A DNA stretch of 64,000 nt. Source: Chiloscyllium plagiosum. Lineage: Eukaryota. The notes beneath the pieces were generated by a model. It worked only from the letters and a program-made list of their open reading frames with translations. It had not been told where the DNA came from and did not search any database. The stretch is taken from NCBI RefSeq assembly GCF_004010195.1, contig NC_057719.1:8054190-8118189 (forward strand), given 5' to 3'. Each line of letters starts with the position of its first letter. Positions within the stretch are counted from its first letter, which is position 1. A program made the position numbers and the translations under genes. Positions 37,598-48,740 of this stretch are shown here, piece after piece.

Positions 37598-38778
37598 TTA
37601 GAATAGTTTACAGGTCGGCACAACATGAAGGGTCTATGACAATGGTGTTAAATGTTAAATGTTTGGGGCAAGGGTGAGGAAAGGTTAGCCTGGCAGCAAG
37701 TTTACAGGCTCAGTATGGGGGTGGGGGGGAGCTGGGTTTAAGTCTGATCCGCTCCAGAGCTGCTCATAACCTCTGTAAACAGCTTATTTAGAAAATATCT
37801 GCAGGAGAAATATTGCTTTAAAAATCTCTAGAAATTTCCTTTCATCAGCAGGAAAGCAGCTTCTATTCTGAGCAACAAGAAAGCTGCACCAGCTGTTTTA
37901 CAAGTTGAAAAGTCTTTTTTTCCAGGAGCCTTATGCCTATGTGCAGATTATATTGGAATTTTTTTTATTAGTTTCATAAATATATTGCTGGAGTCATTTG
38001 AATACAGCAAGATCGACATCGACCTAGCATAGCTGAATGGCTTGTTGCTGTTTTGTGAATTATATCTAATTTACCCCCAATTTATCCCATTATGGGTGTG
38101 GATTTAATGAGATGACCTATCTTCCTCATTCCCGATCCTTAGTTGAATGGTGTTTGGATGGCAGTTCAAGGAATTAAATCTGGCTCCTCTGCAACAGTAG
38201 CATGTACCTTTAGTCAACCTGTTCCAACATGTAATGACACTTAGAGTCATAGAGATATACAGCACAGAAACAGGCCCATCAGTCCAACTCGTGCATGCTG
38301 ACCAGATGTCCAAACTTAATCTCATCCGTTTTGCCAACACTTGACTCATATGCCTCTAAATCCTTCTACTCAAGTACCCATCCAGATGCCTTTTATTTGG
38401 GACTTAACCAAGACCTTCTGTCCCAGAGAGAGGGACAGTACCAGTATGCCATAAGACTTCACTCCCATAGCAATAATACATAGGGGTTGACCTTGGTGAG
38501 TTCAGAATGGGAATTCAAGAAAAGGAAATCCCATTTCTGAGCACCACCAGCTGTTCAGATTGGCCAGCAGCACAGGAAAGCGGTAATGGCCGCTGCTGAT
38601 GATCTCAGAGTCTCAATGTACTGACTGGCTTCCTCCTGCTCCTAACCTACCTGTGCACCCGGCCCCATACTGAGCCTGTAAACTTGCTGCCAGGCTAACC
38701 TTTCCTCACCGTTGCCCCAAACATTTAACACCATTGTCATAGACCCTTCATGTTGCGCCGACCTGTAAACTATTCTAA
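37598..38778. repeat. Near-identical inverted duplication: 37598-37720 vs 38663-38778
   Basis: Reverse complement matches except for 2 substitutions and a 7-nt duplication. Confidence 0.92.
38240..38395 (-). mobile_element. CR1 3' tail
   Basis: tagagtcatagagatatacagcacagaaacaggccc.., the reverse of the tail at 18420-18503. Confidence 0.8.
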
Positions 38779-40299
38779 AGCCAGTGAATGCAGTACTTCC
38801 GCAATGGGGTAGGGTCTGTGGCCAGAGCATCTAAGCTAACAGGCTGCCATGTGACTGGTTAGATTCAGATCAGCGGCAGTCTCACTGTTCAATGATATCA
38901 TTTACATCGAGCAGTCTTGTTGGCTGTAGGAGCAGTGGCCACTTCTGGGACTGTGACAGGCCTAGAAAACTAAACTGGATGGAGGAGGCTTTGAATGTGG
39001 GTAAATTAGATCCAGGATAATCAGGAATGGAGATGGTGGGGTAGCTGGTGACCCTTTGTCCTGGCAAGGCCTCTCAGAGACTACATGATGCACTTCAAGA
39101 GCATTCTGTCGCATATGTCTCTCTGAACCCACAGGGAGGTTTTGGTTTTATGAGGCAGTCTCCTGGTTGTTAAATGCCTGCCTCCCCAGTAGTAGTTTGC
39201 CAGCAGTGATGGATAGAGGACCTTAAGTGGGCATTAATTGGTCTCTCAACTGGCAAAAGACCATCCACCATACACTGGAAAAGTATTAGTGGAGTCAGGA
39301 CAATGAAAGGCATAAATCCTTTCTCATGTCATTCTACCCTGAAAGTGGGGAGTCATCCCTTTCCTCTTTATTTCCTCACCCTTTCATTTGCTCAAAACCT
39401 AATATAGTTCTGACTACTCTCAGTTCTGATGAATCATCACAGACCTGAAAAATTAATACTGTTCCTGTCCCCATGTACAAACTCAATTCCTGATGGGTTC
39501 ATTAGTATCTCTTATGTTCATATTTTACCATTCTAGTCACAGACGGACCTTATTAATTAGTTTGTGGGCAACATTATAGTGATTGGAATATAATCTGATT
39601 CTATTGATCAAAGTGGAAGTAGGAAGTGGCCATCATTTTGAAATGTGAGGGTTGGTTAGACCATGTTTTGCCTGTACTGAAATCTGATAAAAGCAAGTTC
39701 TGTTTCAGCAAGCTGAGAATTGAACTGCATCTTCATATCCTGGCAGCTGTGAGTCAGCACAGAATGTTTGACAAGTAATTTGAATAAAGCTGTGTCTGCC
39801 CCGTGTCACTTTATTCGCAAAAATGTATTACAGTTTTATGCTGTTTCTTTGTTGTGATATGGATGGCAGCTTTTATATTCATAGGTTATTGAGATTCTTG
39901 TACAGTCGGATTTTATTATTTAGAATTGACTGCTGTGTTTCCTGCATTACAAAGTGACTGCATTCAATACTTTATTCTAGTGGACTGTACCACAAACACA
40001 GTATATTTGACACTATAAAGCACATCGGTATGTACTGAGGTTCTGAAAGGTGCTATCCTAATGCAAGTTTTTCTTTTTGTCATCATTGATTATGATGAGT
40101 ACAGGGAAGATGAATTGCCTGCACTAGATTACAATAATGCAAACAATGAATGGATCATGTCATAGTGCAATAAATATTTTACTTTACAGTATATGAAATA
40201 TAGTTAATACATTAGTGAACAGGTTGGTTGAGATGTACTCAAGAATGTCTCTAGGTAGATTTATTAAACTTCATTATTGCACTTATATGGGGACTAAAG

Positions 40300-40525
40300 G
40301 ATGGAAATGAACAGGGTAAGTGCAAAAAATAAAAACAAAGTGCTGAAAAAACCTATCCAGTCTGTCAACATCTATGGAGAGGAAATTGGATTTAATGTTT
40401 CGAATCCAATGACTCTTCAGTTCCATTTTTTTCTCTCTCCACAGATGCTGCCAGAACTGTTGAGTTTCTCCAGTGTTTTCTGTAATTATTCAGATCTTCA
40501 GCATCTCCAGTACTTTGCTTTTATG
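40300..40525. mobile_element. Degenerate PLE-terminus fold-back unit
   Basis: ctccacagatgctgccagaactgttgagtttctccag right arm; hammerhead remnant at 40390-40422 (minus). Confidence 0.6.
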
Positions 40526-41714
40526 ATAAATGCAGCAGTGTTCAGCAGCACAATCAGCAGACAGAGGCCGTGTGATGTTGCAACGCTGTTAATTCCCTGT
40601 CCATTGCTATTTTACAGGTGCTTAATTTAGTTTAACTTTTTCTATACTTCAGGCTCTAATGTACGCTTCCTTGCTCAAGCAGCCCATTGATCTCTGAGAA
40701 CTTAAAGATTGATTTAAGCAGGCTCCTTGACCTTTAATGACACTGCAGTCAGTCAAGTTCTCTTCTCAACTGATTTGCATCTTCCCACCTGACAGCCATC
40801 CCATGTTCACTGGATTGTATTAAAGACCAGGAACCTTGACTTCTTCTGCTATCTCTCCCAAATGCCCTGGCGTAGTTTATAGGCCAGTGAAGCCCATTGC
40901 AGCTGCCTGCCTTCAGTCTGCTAGATCAATGCAAATTGGGAATTAAACCTAGGGTGTCCTGTGATGTGTCATGTAGTACTCTTCAATTGCTTTCTGCACA
41001 GGATCAAACCTGAGCAGGTAAGTCTAGCGCAGATGGACTTGCATGAAAACTGCCAATCTTACAAGTACTTAACTGGAGAGGTAGCATATTGAAGTATCAA
41101 CATTCAATGCCATCGATCACCAGGTCCCCTTTTATTTCTGAATCGAGCTCTACATCTCCACTGTGTACTTCAGTAAGTATCTGAGAATATCATAGCTTGT
41201 GTTTTGGCTATCAATGTGCATCTTTTGATCTGTCATTTAGTCATGAATCAGGTGGGCAGGATTTTTATATTCAGTTTAATAAACTTTTCCATTTGATTTC
41301 TTAAGTGCAATGAATCTAAATCCTGACTTTTTCTTCAAATTGCAATTTTGTACTTTGAGTCAAGTCAATTTCAGCTTATATGAATTGTGAAACCCCTGCC
41401 ATTTTGATTTGCAGTTGATCAGCACAGCAGAAAATCCTGAACTCTGTGATTTCATTTCAAATTTGAACCTTAGCCTCATAGGATTGAACACTCATCGATG
41501 GTATTACAGAAGTGTCATGAGACATTTGGCAGGTCTGGAGCAGTGAAACAGCATGAAGATTCCTTCAGCAAACAAAAATGTTTTCATGCCATAATTTTAT
41601 TCTTCATATCTAGACTGGCAACATTTTATAAAGTGGTAAAAGACTTTGTCATGCAGTGTAAAATCACATTCACAAACTTGATCTTACTGGTTCAGTTGTC
41701 AGTATTTGCACCTC

Positions 41715-41925
41715 TGAGGCAGAAATTCAAGTTCTGGTCTAGAGGCTTGACATCAGATTCTAGGCTGACCCACCCAGTGCAGCACTAACGGGAGAGTTAT
41801 GCTGTCAGTGGTGCTGTGTTTTGGATGACATGGCTGCGTTCTTTCGGGTCGATGTGAAAAACACCACGGAACTGTTTCAAAGAACAGCAGGAGAGTTCCT
41901 CCTGGTTGCCCTGAATAATGTTTCT
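41715..41925 (+). mobile_element. Deu-domain SINE fragment
   Basis: ctgacccacccagtgcagcact..ggtgctgtgttttggatga..gatgtgaaaaacaccacgg..agcaggagagttcctcctgg. Confidence 0.65.
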
Positions 41926-43523
41926 GCTTAGGCAGTCCCTTAGGATTGAGGTGACTTTCTTCCAGTCTGGTGTTGTGGGTTCTGAGGTGACTAAAAGTCC
42001 AGTGTTGGGTCAACACAGCCCGTTCATCGGGTACCTGGGCTGCACGGGTTTATGGATGCTCCTTTCGCTTTTGTACTAGGTTTCTATCTGGGCAGGTTGA
42101 AGAGATTGACTCGTTCATGGATGCTTCTTCTCCAGTTTGGGTGTTTCATTTAATTCATTAATATATTTGTATTTTATTATATTTTCAATTTGCACAAGTG
42201 ATAATAAGTTGATGAGAGATGTAATCTAGGAGTGATATGCTCTGAATGGTTTTCTTTTGCCATTCATGGAATGGTAGTGTCATTGGCCAGGCCAGCTTTT
42301 GGTGCCCATCCCTAATTGTGCAGAGAGTAGTTAAAAGTCAGTCACATTGCTGTGGGTCTGAAGTCACACATAGGCCAGACCGGGTAAGGACATTTCTTTC
42401 CCTAAAAGGCTTTAGTGATAGGTTTTCACGACAATTGACAGTGATCTTGATGAAGCTAACTTTTTTTTATTCCCAAATTTTATTGAAATCAAAATCCACT
42501 GACTGCCATAGTGGAATTCAAACCTATGATCCCAGTTCATTAACTGCTTCACGACTGCCTCTCCTCAAGTATTGGCTAGAATTTATTCCCCAATTGCAGA
42601 TAGAAGTATTAAGCTTCATTTATTTTGTGAGGGAAGGAAAAAAGGACATGAAAGAGTGTGATAGTGCACAGCAGCTCAGACAGCATTCCAAAGGGTGAGA
42701 ATTGGCTGCTGGTTCCCCTCAACAAAGGCCCCACTCCTCCTGAACCCCAAACAGACCAAGAACCTTTGGGCCCTACAATCATCAGAAATTCTGAGTCACT
42801 GCCTGGAACCGATGTTTAGATGCTTTCAGCATTTCCAAAATCAGTCGTAAATTGATGCTTCTAATATTATTTTGAGTAAGAAACAGGGCTATGGATTTGT
42901 GACAAAAGAATGTGGGTCTGAGTTAAGAAAAGAGGGGAAAAGAATTTAATGTGTAGATGGAGGAGGGGCTAAATGTGAAGTGAAAGCATGGTTACGTAGG
43001 AGGCTTTCAAAGGCAGGCTCTTTGGGGTCTACATTCTAGATAACGCAAACAATGAACCAGTATCTGAAATGGAAAGATGCATGTAGGGCCAAAGGAAGGC
43101 TTTTACACTGGAGCAAGTTTGAAGACACGTTTGAAGGTAGGATCTTAAAGTCATTTGGCTGGGCATTATGTTGCCAAAATTATCCAACAAGCTGCAGAAA
43201 GTGGCAGGTATGCGCTGAGAGGGAGGTTTGATTGTTTTAGAATGTTTATTAAGTTGCAGCATTGCTACATGTTGTATGTCACTATGTGGAAAGGTATTAA
43301 TGAAACACTTAGTTACCCTCTCTATATTTTGTGAAATGAACTACATTTGTGCTTATTTTTCAAAAAAAAGTTGCAATCGTATAGAACCTTTCACAATCTG
43401 ACAACAGTCTTGAGTGATTTACAGCTGACGCAGTACGTTTGGAGCATACCACTGCTGTTGAGTTGGAAATAATAGCATGTAGTATCCTTCCTGCAGACAA
43501 AATGCCGACTTGCTATAATTTGT

Positions 43524-43696
43524 AATGTGGAGGTGCCAGTGTTGGACTGGGATGGATAAAGTCAGAAGTCACATGACACCAGGTATAGTCCAACAGATGT
43601 ATTTGAATCACAAGCTTTCGGAGTGTTGTTCCTTCATCAGGTGAAGTGATTTTAAATAAACCTGTTGAACTCTAACCTGGTGTTGTGTGCCTTCTG
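43524..43696. mobile_element. PLE-terminus fold-back unit with a 12-bp TSD and a hammerhead core (43609-43643, minus)
   Basis: TSD gctataatttgt at 43512-43523 and 43697-43708; reverse complement CAC-CTGATGA-A-GGA..TCC-GAAA-G-CTT-GTG. Confidence 0.8.
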
Positions 43697-44161
43697 GCTA
43701 TAATTTGTGTTCTAGGGAATGGAGAAGAGAGAGAATGTTGAGGAGTGTAGGACAACCAGGAGATGCAAGATTAATGGATGGATCCAAAAACACACTAATG
43801 ATGTCAGTTAGTTTGAAGCTGTTGAAGGCCTATAGAAAAGGAATAATACTTTGACTTTGAGAGGCGGATAATAGCTCCATTTTAGTACTTCATGATATCA
43901 GATCATCTCAAAGCATCTTGTAGCATAGAAGTGAAACACAGCATAATAAAATCAAAATGCTGGAGAAACTCAGCTGGTCTAGCAGCAACTGTGAAGAAAG
44001 AAACAGAGTTGAGCAGGCAAGGTACTCAGCGCAAGACATTAAGTAGGTGTCTCTTTGCACAAATGCTTCCAGACCTGCTGAGTTTCTTAAGTAATTTCTG
44101 ATTTTATATCTGCAGTAGTTTGCCTTTGTTGAAGTGATAAAAAAGCAGTACCCTTAAACAA

Positions 44162-44364
44162 CAATTGCTGGAGATCACAGCAGGTCAGGCAGCATCCATG
44201 GAGAGAGAGCAAGCTGATGTTTGAGTCAAGGGCCAAAGGGCCTGTACTATGCTATACTGTTCTATGTTGGCTTGCACTCCATGGATACTGCTTGACCTGC
44301 TGTGATCTCTAGCATGTTTTGTTTTCAGTACAGATTCCAGCATCTGCAGTAATTTGCTCCTAGC
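44162..44364. mobile_element. PLE-terminus fold-back unit with a 12-bp TSD and a CR1-tail-like spacer
   Basis: TSD acccttaaacaa at 44150-44161 and 44365-44376; arms gctggagatcacagcaggtcaggcagcatccatggag / ctccatggatactgcttgacctgctgtgatctctagc. Confidence 0.8.
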
Positions 44365-45971
44365 ACCCTTAAACAATTTACCCAACTTTGTTCTAATCTC
44401 TGCATTAACAATCTCAAAATCACAAATTCTTTGAGGGTATTGGTACTAATTTTTAAAGAATAGTAAGTTAATGGAGATCCATTTGTATTCCTTCATTTAG
44501 ACACCAGCGAATCCACTCATATCCAGAAGTTCCTTAGTTTAAGTGTATGAGACCTTTTCTAACTTTATTCACTGTACGCTGTTGGACTACAAAGAAGCCT
44601 TTTACTCCAAAGACCTGAGATTTCATAGAGGGAAATAAAAAAACTTGCGTTATTAATCAAGGGTAAGCATATGCAAGTGGGATTTTCACTAATGAAAGCA
44701 ATACCTCTCCCCCCTCCACACCCAAAAAAACTCCCTTTTACTCCCAGAGCTTGAGTTTTGATAAACAAGCATTCTCAGTACTGGGTCTGCATAATGAGAG
44801 CAAATTCTGCTTCAGGCAACTTGCTACACTCTGCAATTTAGCTCACTGGCAGTTTAAAATCAAACACTGGAGCCTCTTTCCACCTTGCAGGCTCTTTGAT
44901 GGATGAGACTGTCAAAAGGAAGACTCTTCTTTTCCCTCATCCTTTCACGGTTGGCTACATTCTGACATTGACACATCTTCCGAGGGCATCTCTATGCTTT
45001 ATCACTGTGCTGCTTTTTGTAATCACCTACAAACAGTGCATGGAAAACGAGGCGTCTTTGGCCATTTTGCTCCTAACCAACTGGGGACTGGCCACTAAAG
45101 GGTTGTCAATGACAATGCTGGTGAAGGATGCTATATATGAATTGCCAAAGGTATGCACTTGATACCCATGTCAAAGTAAACACTCCAAGATCATATTTCC
45201 AGGAGCTACGGCTGATGTCCTGTTAATTCTCAGAAGTGACTTAAAGTTCAAAATTGTATATGTATTTCTGTATTAATGTTTTACTGCATTCATATTCATC
45301 AGCAGAGAAGAAATAGGATATGTACATGGATCCTGAACTCAAGGAGTGCAGAAACTGAGGCCTGTAGGACATAGGGAAGAACATCAGCAGAAGGATGGTA
45401 ATTGTAAAATTAAGATGTCAGTGGCCTTCCTCAATGACACCACACTTCTAGAATTCTGGGTCCATGTACAAATTCCATTTCTTTATTGGAGAATGCTGGC
45501 TGCGTTTGTAACTGTTGAAACCCTGATTGCAAGCATTTAAAAGGCATTCATAAAATATCCTACCACATCTCTGAAATACTGAATTTCCCATGCTGTACAA
45601 AGAAGTGCAACATTCATGAAGTACACAAATTTACAGCTTCTTTGTGCCGAGAAAGATCCACCAAACAGTGAGATGACTTACTAGTTGATTTTGTTTGTTT
45701 TGGGAGTGTTGATTAAGGTGGTAATGACCTCAAACCGTAATCTTGATTTTTCACTTGAACTACTAGAACCTTGTGAGGATGCCTCTGTTTAATGGCATGG
45801 AACTATGGTCCCAGAAAATTGAGTGAAACACAACAACTTATCATCAGGTTATATTGTGAACTTGAACCTACAATCAGTCCAACTCAAGCATGAAGTGCCA
45901 CCACACCTCTGACACACATGACTCTAACGTCATAGAAGATAATGGCAACAGTTGCTCCCTATAAGTAGTCA

Positions 45972-47165
45972 AAAAGTGTGGTGCTGGAAAAGCACATCCA
46001 GTCAGGCAACATCCGAGGAGCAGGAGAATTGACGCTTTGAGCACACGCTCTTCATCAGGAATGTGGTGGAGGGGATGGCCAATGGGGCTGAGAAATAAAT
46101 GGAAGGGGTTGGGTCTGGGGTGAAGGTAGCTGGGGATGTGATAGGTAGATGAAGGTGGGGGGTGATGGCGATAGGTCAGAGCGGAGGGTGGAATGGATAG
46201 GTGGGAAATAAGGTGGACAGGTAGGGCAGTTCAAGAGGGCAGTGTCAAGTTGGAAGATTGGATCTGGGATAAGTTAGGGGGAGGGGAGATGAGGAAACTG
46301 GTGAAATCGACTTTGATCCCGTTGGTTGGAGGGTCCCAAGGCGGAAGACGAGGTATTCATCTTCCAAGCATCGGGTGGCTAGAATTTGGTGGTGGAGGAG
46401 GCCCAAGACTTACATGTCCTTGGTAGAGTGGGAGGGGGAGTTGAAGTATTCAGCCACAGGGTGGTGGGGTTGTTTAGTGCGTGTGACCCAGAGATGTTCT
46501 CTGAAACGTTCCACTTCCAGTCTCCCAATGTAGAGGAAACCACATTGGGAACAACAGATGGGTTTGGATGTACAGAAAATCTCTGTTGGATGGAGGTGAG
46601 GGGGGGAGGTGTGAGCGTAGGTTTTATCCCTCTTGCGGGAAGGTGCCATGAGTGGAGGGTGGGTTGGTGGGGTTGGGGGCTGGGTAGACCTAACATGAGA
46701 GTCACGGAGGGAATGGTCTCTGTGGAATACAGATAGAGGTGGGAGGGAAATATGTCTCTGGTGGTGGGGTCTCTTTGTAGGTGGCAGAAATGGCGCAGAA
46801 TGATGCGATGTATCCGGAGGTTGGTGGTGTGGAAGGTGAAGACAGGGGGGTTCTTCCCTTGTTGCGAATGAGGGGTATGGTTCAAGGGTAAAGGTGCAGG
46901 AAGTGGAAGAGATGAACTGGATAGCATTGTTAACCACATGGGAGAGGAAGTTGCAGTCCTTGAAGAAAGAGGCCATCTGGGATGTTCTGGAATGGAATTG
47001 GTCCTCCTAGGAGCAGATGCAGTGAAGGCAGAGGAATTGGGAGTAAGGGATGGTATATTTACAGTCAGGGAGGTGGGAAGCGGTGTAGCTGTCAGAGTTG
47101 GTGGATTTGAAGTATATATCTGTGTTGAGTCAGTTGCCGGAAATGGAGATGGAGAGGTCCAGGAA
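45972..47165 (-). mobile_element. Penelope-like element, 3' part (same family as 1-1213)
   Basis: MASFFKDCNF..; PVFTFHTTNLRIHRIILRHF; CSQCGFLYIG..ERFREHL; pLTR with a mutated hammerhead at ~46027-46062. Confidence 0.9.
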
Positions 47166-48740
47166 GTTGGACAGACAAAGGAGTCGATAACAATCTGACT
47201 AGGAGGGTGAGTAGCTGTTAATGGAGACTGTTAGTAGCTAACAGTAGATAGTGCGTAATGGGATGTGTGGAACTATGTGATCACAAGGCTTGCAATGTGG
47301 ATTAGGGAGCTAAGACATGGCCCGAAAATTATTAAAGTCGATATTGAGTCCAGAAGGCTGCGGGGTCCCCAAGCAGAAACTGAGGCATTGCTCTTCCAAC
47401 ATTGAGCTTCGCTGGAGCACTGCAACAAGCCTGAAACAGGATGTTGGCCAGGGAACGGGATGATGTGTTAAAGTGGCAGGCAACTGGAAGCTCAGGATCT
47501 TCTTTGCGGGCAGAACGTAGATGTCTTTGAAGTGGTCACTCAGTGTATGCTTCATTTTCCCAATTTAGAGGAGACCACATTGTGAGCAGTGAATGCAGTA
47601 GATTATATTGAGTGAAGTGCAGGTAAAGTGCTGTATAGTCCAGGTAGCTGTGGGAAGACTCCTGTCCAAAGAAATGGGCATAGAGGTGAAGATGGCGGAA
47701 GAAAGGTTTGATGTTATGTCATGCCCAAAATTCATTAAGGTGGGGGTGTAGAGGGATAAAGCTAAGACCTTTGCTGAATACAGAACGTTAAGCATTGGAG
47801 AGCGGAAGGTTGGGAGGGAAAGTGAATACCCGACAGGAGGTGGGGTTTGGGGAGGGGAGGGACGGAGCTTCCATCGGGCCATGGGTATTTCTGAGTTGTT
47901 GCATGTTGTGTGACTTGATGCCTGATGAAAAAAGAAAAGGTTTCTTGTTAGCACAGTGAATGAGCGGAGAATGAAGTGGAAATACAGAATGGTACAGCCC
48001 TTAGCCAATGTGATGCAATGCTGTTGGAGAGAGAGATCAAGAGTGTGCATGTGATGCCGCATGGTACTGAATGTGGATCTCAGGATGCAGTGAGAGCAGC
48101 TATCTGTGGAATGTTGAATATCATGGAAATACCTGCGATCCTGGGCAGATTCAAAGCACGAGGGATAAAAATTCATTTGGAATCCACGTGGAGTGAGTCT
48201 GAGCCGGAGGCAGACTCTGAGAAATATGATGTGGCTGTGGAAACGGGTTTGAACAAACACCTGGTTCAACACCAGGAGTGACAGTCAAATTAATGCCAGT
48301 GGACAAGAAATAAGATTGCAATGGAAATCCCGTCAGAGACAGGAGGAGAACCTCTTCATGTCGGGCATGCCTACAAGAGATGTGGCAATGAGTTAAATAA
48401 AAACCAAAAGAACTGCAGCTGCTGTAAATCAGAAACACAGCAGAAGTTGCTGGAAAAGCTCAGCAAGTCTGGCAGAATCTGTGAAGAGAAATCGGAATTA
48501 ATGTTTTGGGTCCCGTAACTGATGGTAGCTAGGAAATGTCGGTTTACGTGCAAAAGATAGGGCGGAGGAAAGGAGTAAGGAGTAAATGATAGGTGAGGAT
48601 AGAGCCCAAAGAGAGAGAAGAACAGTTGGACAGACAAAAGAGTAAATAATAATCTGGCTAAGAGGGTGTATACCTTTCAATGGCGACTGTCAGTGGCTCA
48701 CAGTAGTAGTGTGTAATGGCAGACTATGTGATAACAAGGC
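47166..48740 (-). mobile_element. Internally deleted PLE with a pseudo-LTR direct repeat
   Basis: N-terminal TRFHSHIIFLRVCLRLRLTPRGFQ fused to GIY-YIG FTCTSLNIIYCIHCSQCGLL with RT missing; 47166-47290 is repeated at 48626-48740. Confidence 0.8.

Noticed and set aside
42246..42698. 150-aa ORF
   Set aside because: Mostly the antisense of a tRNA-derived SINE; chance ORF.
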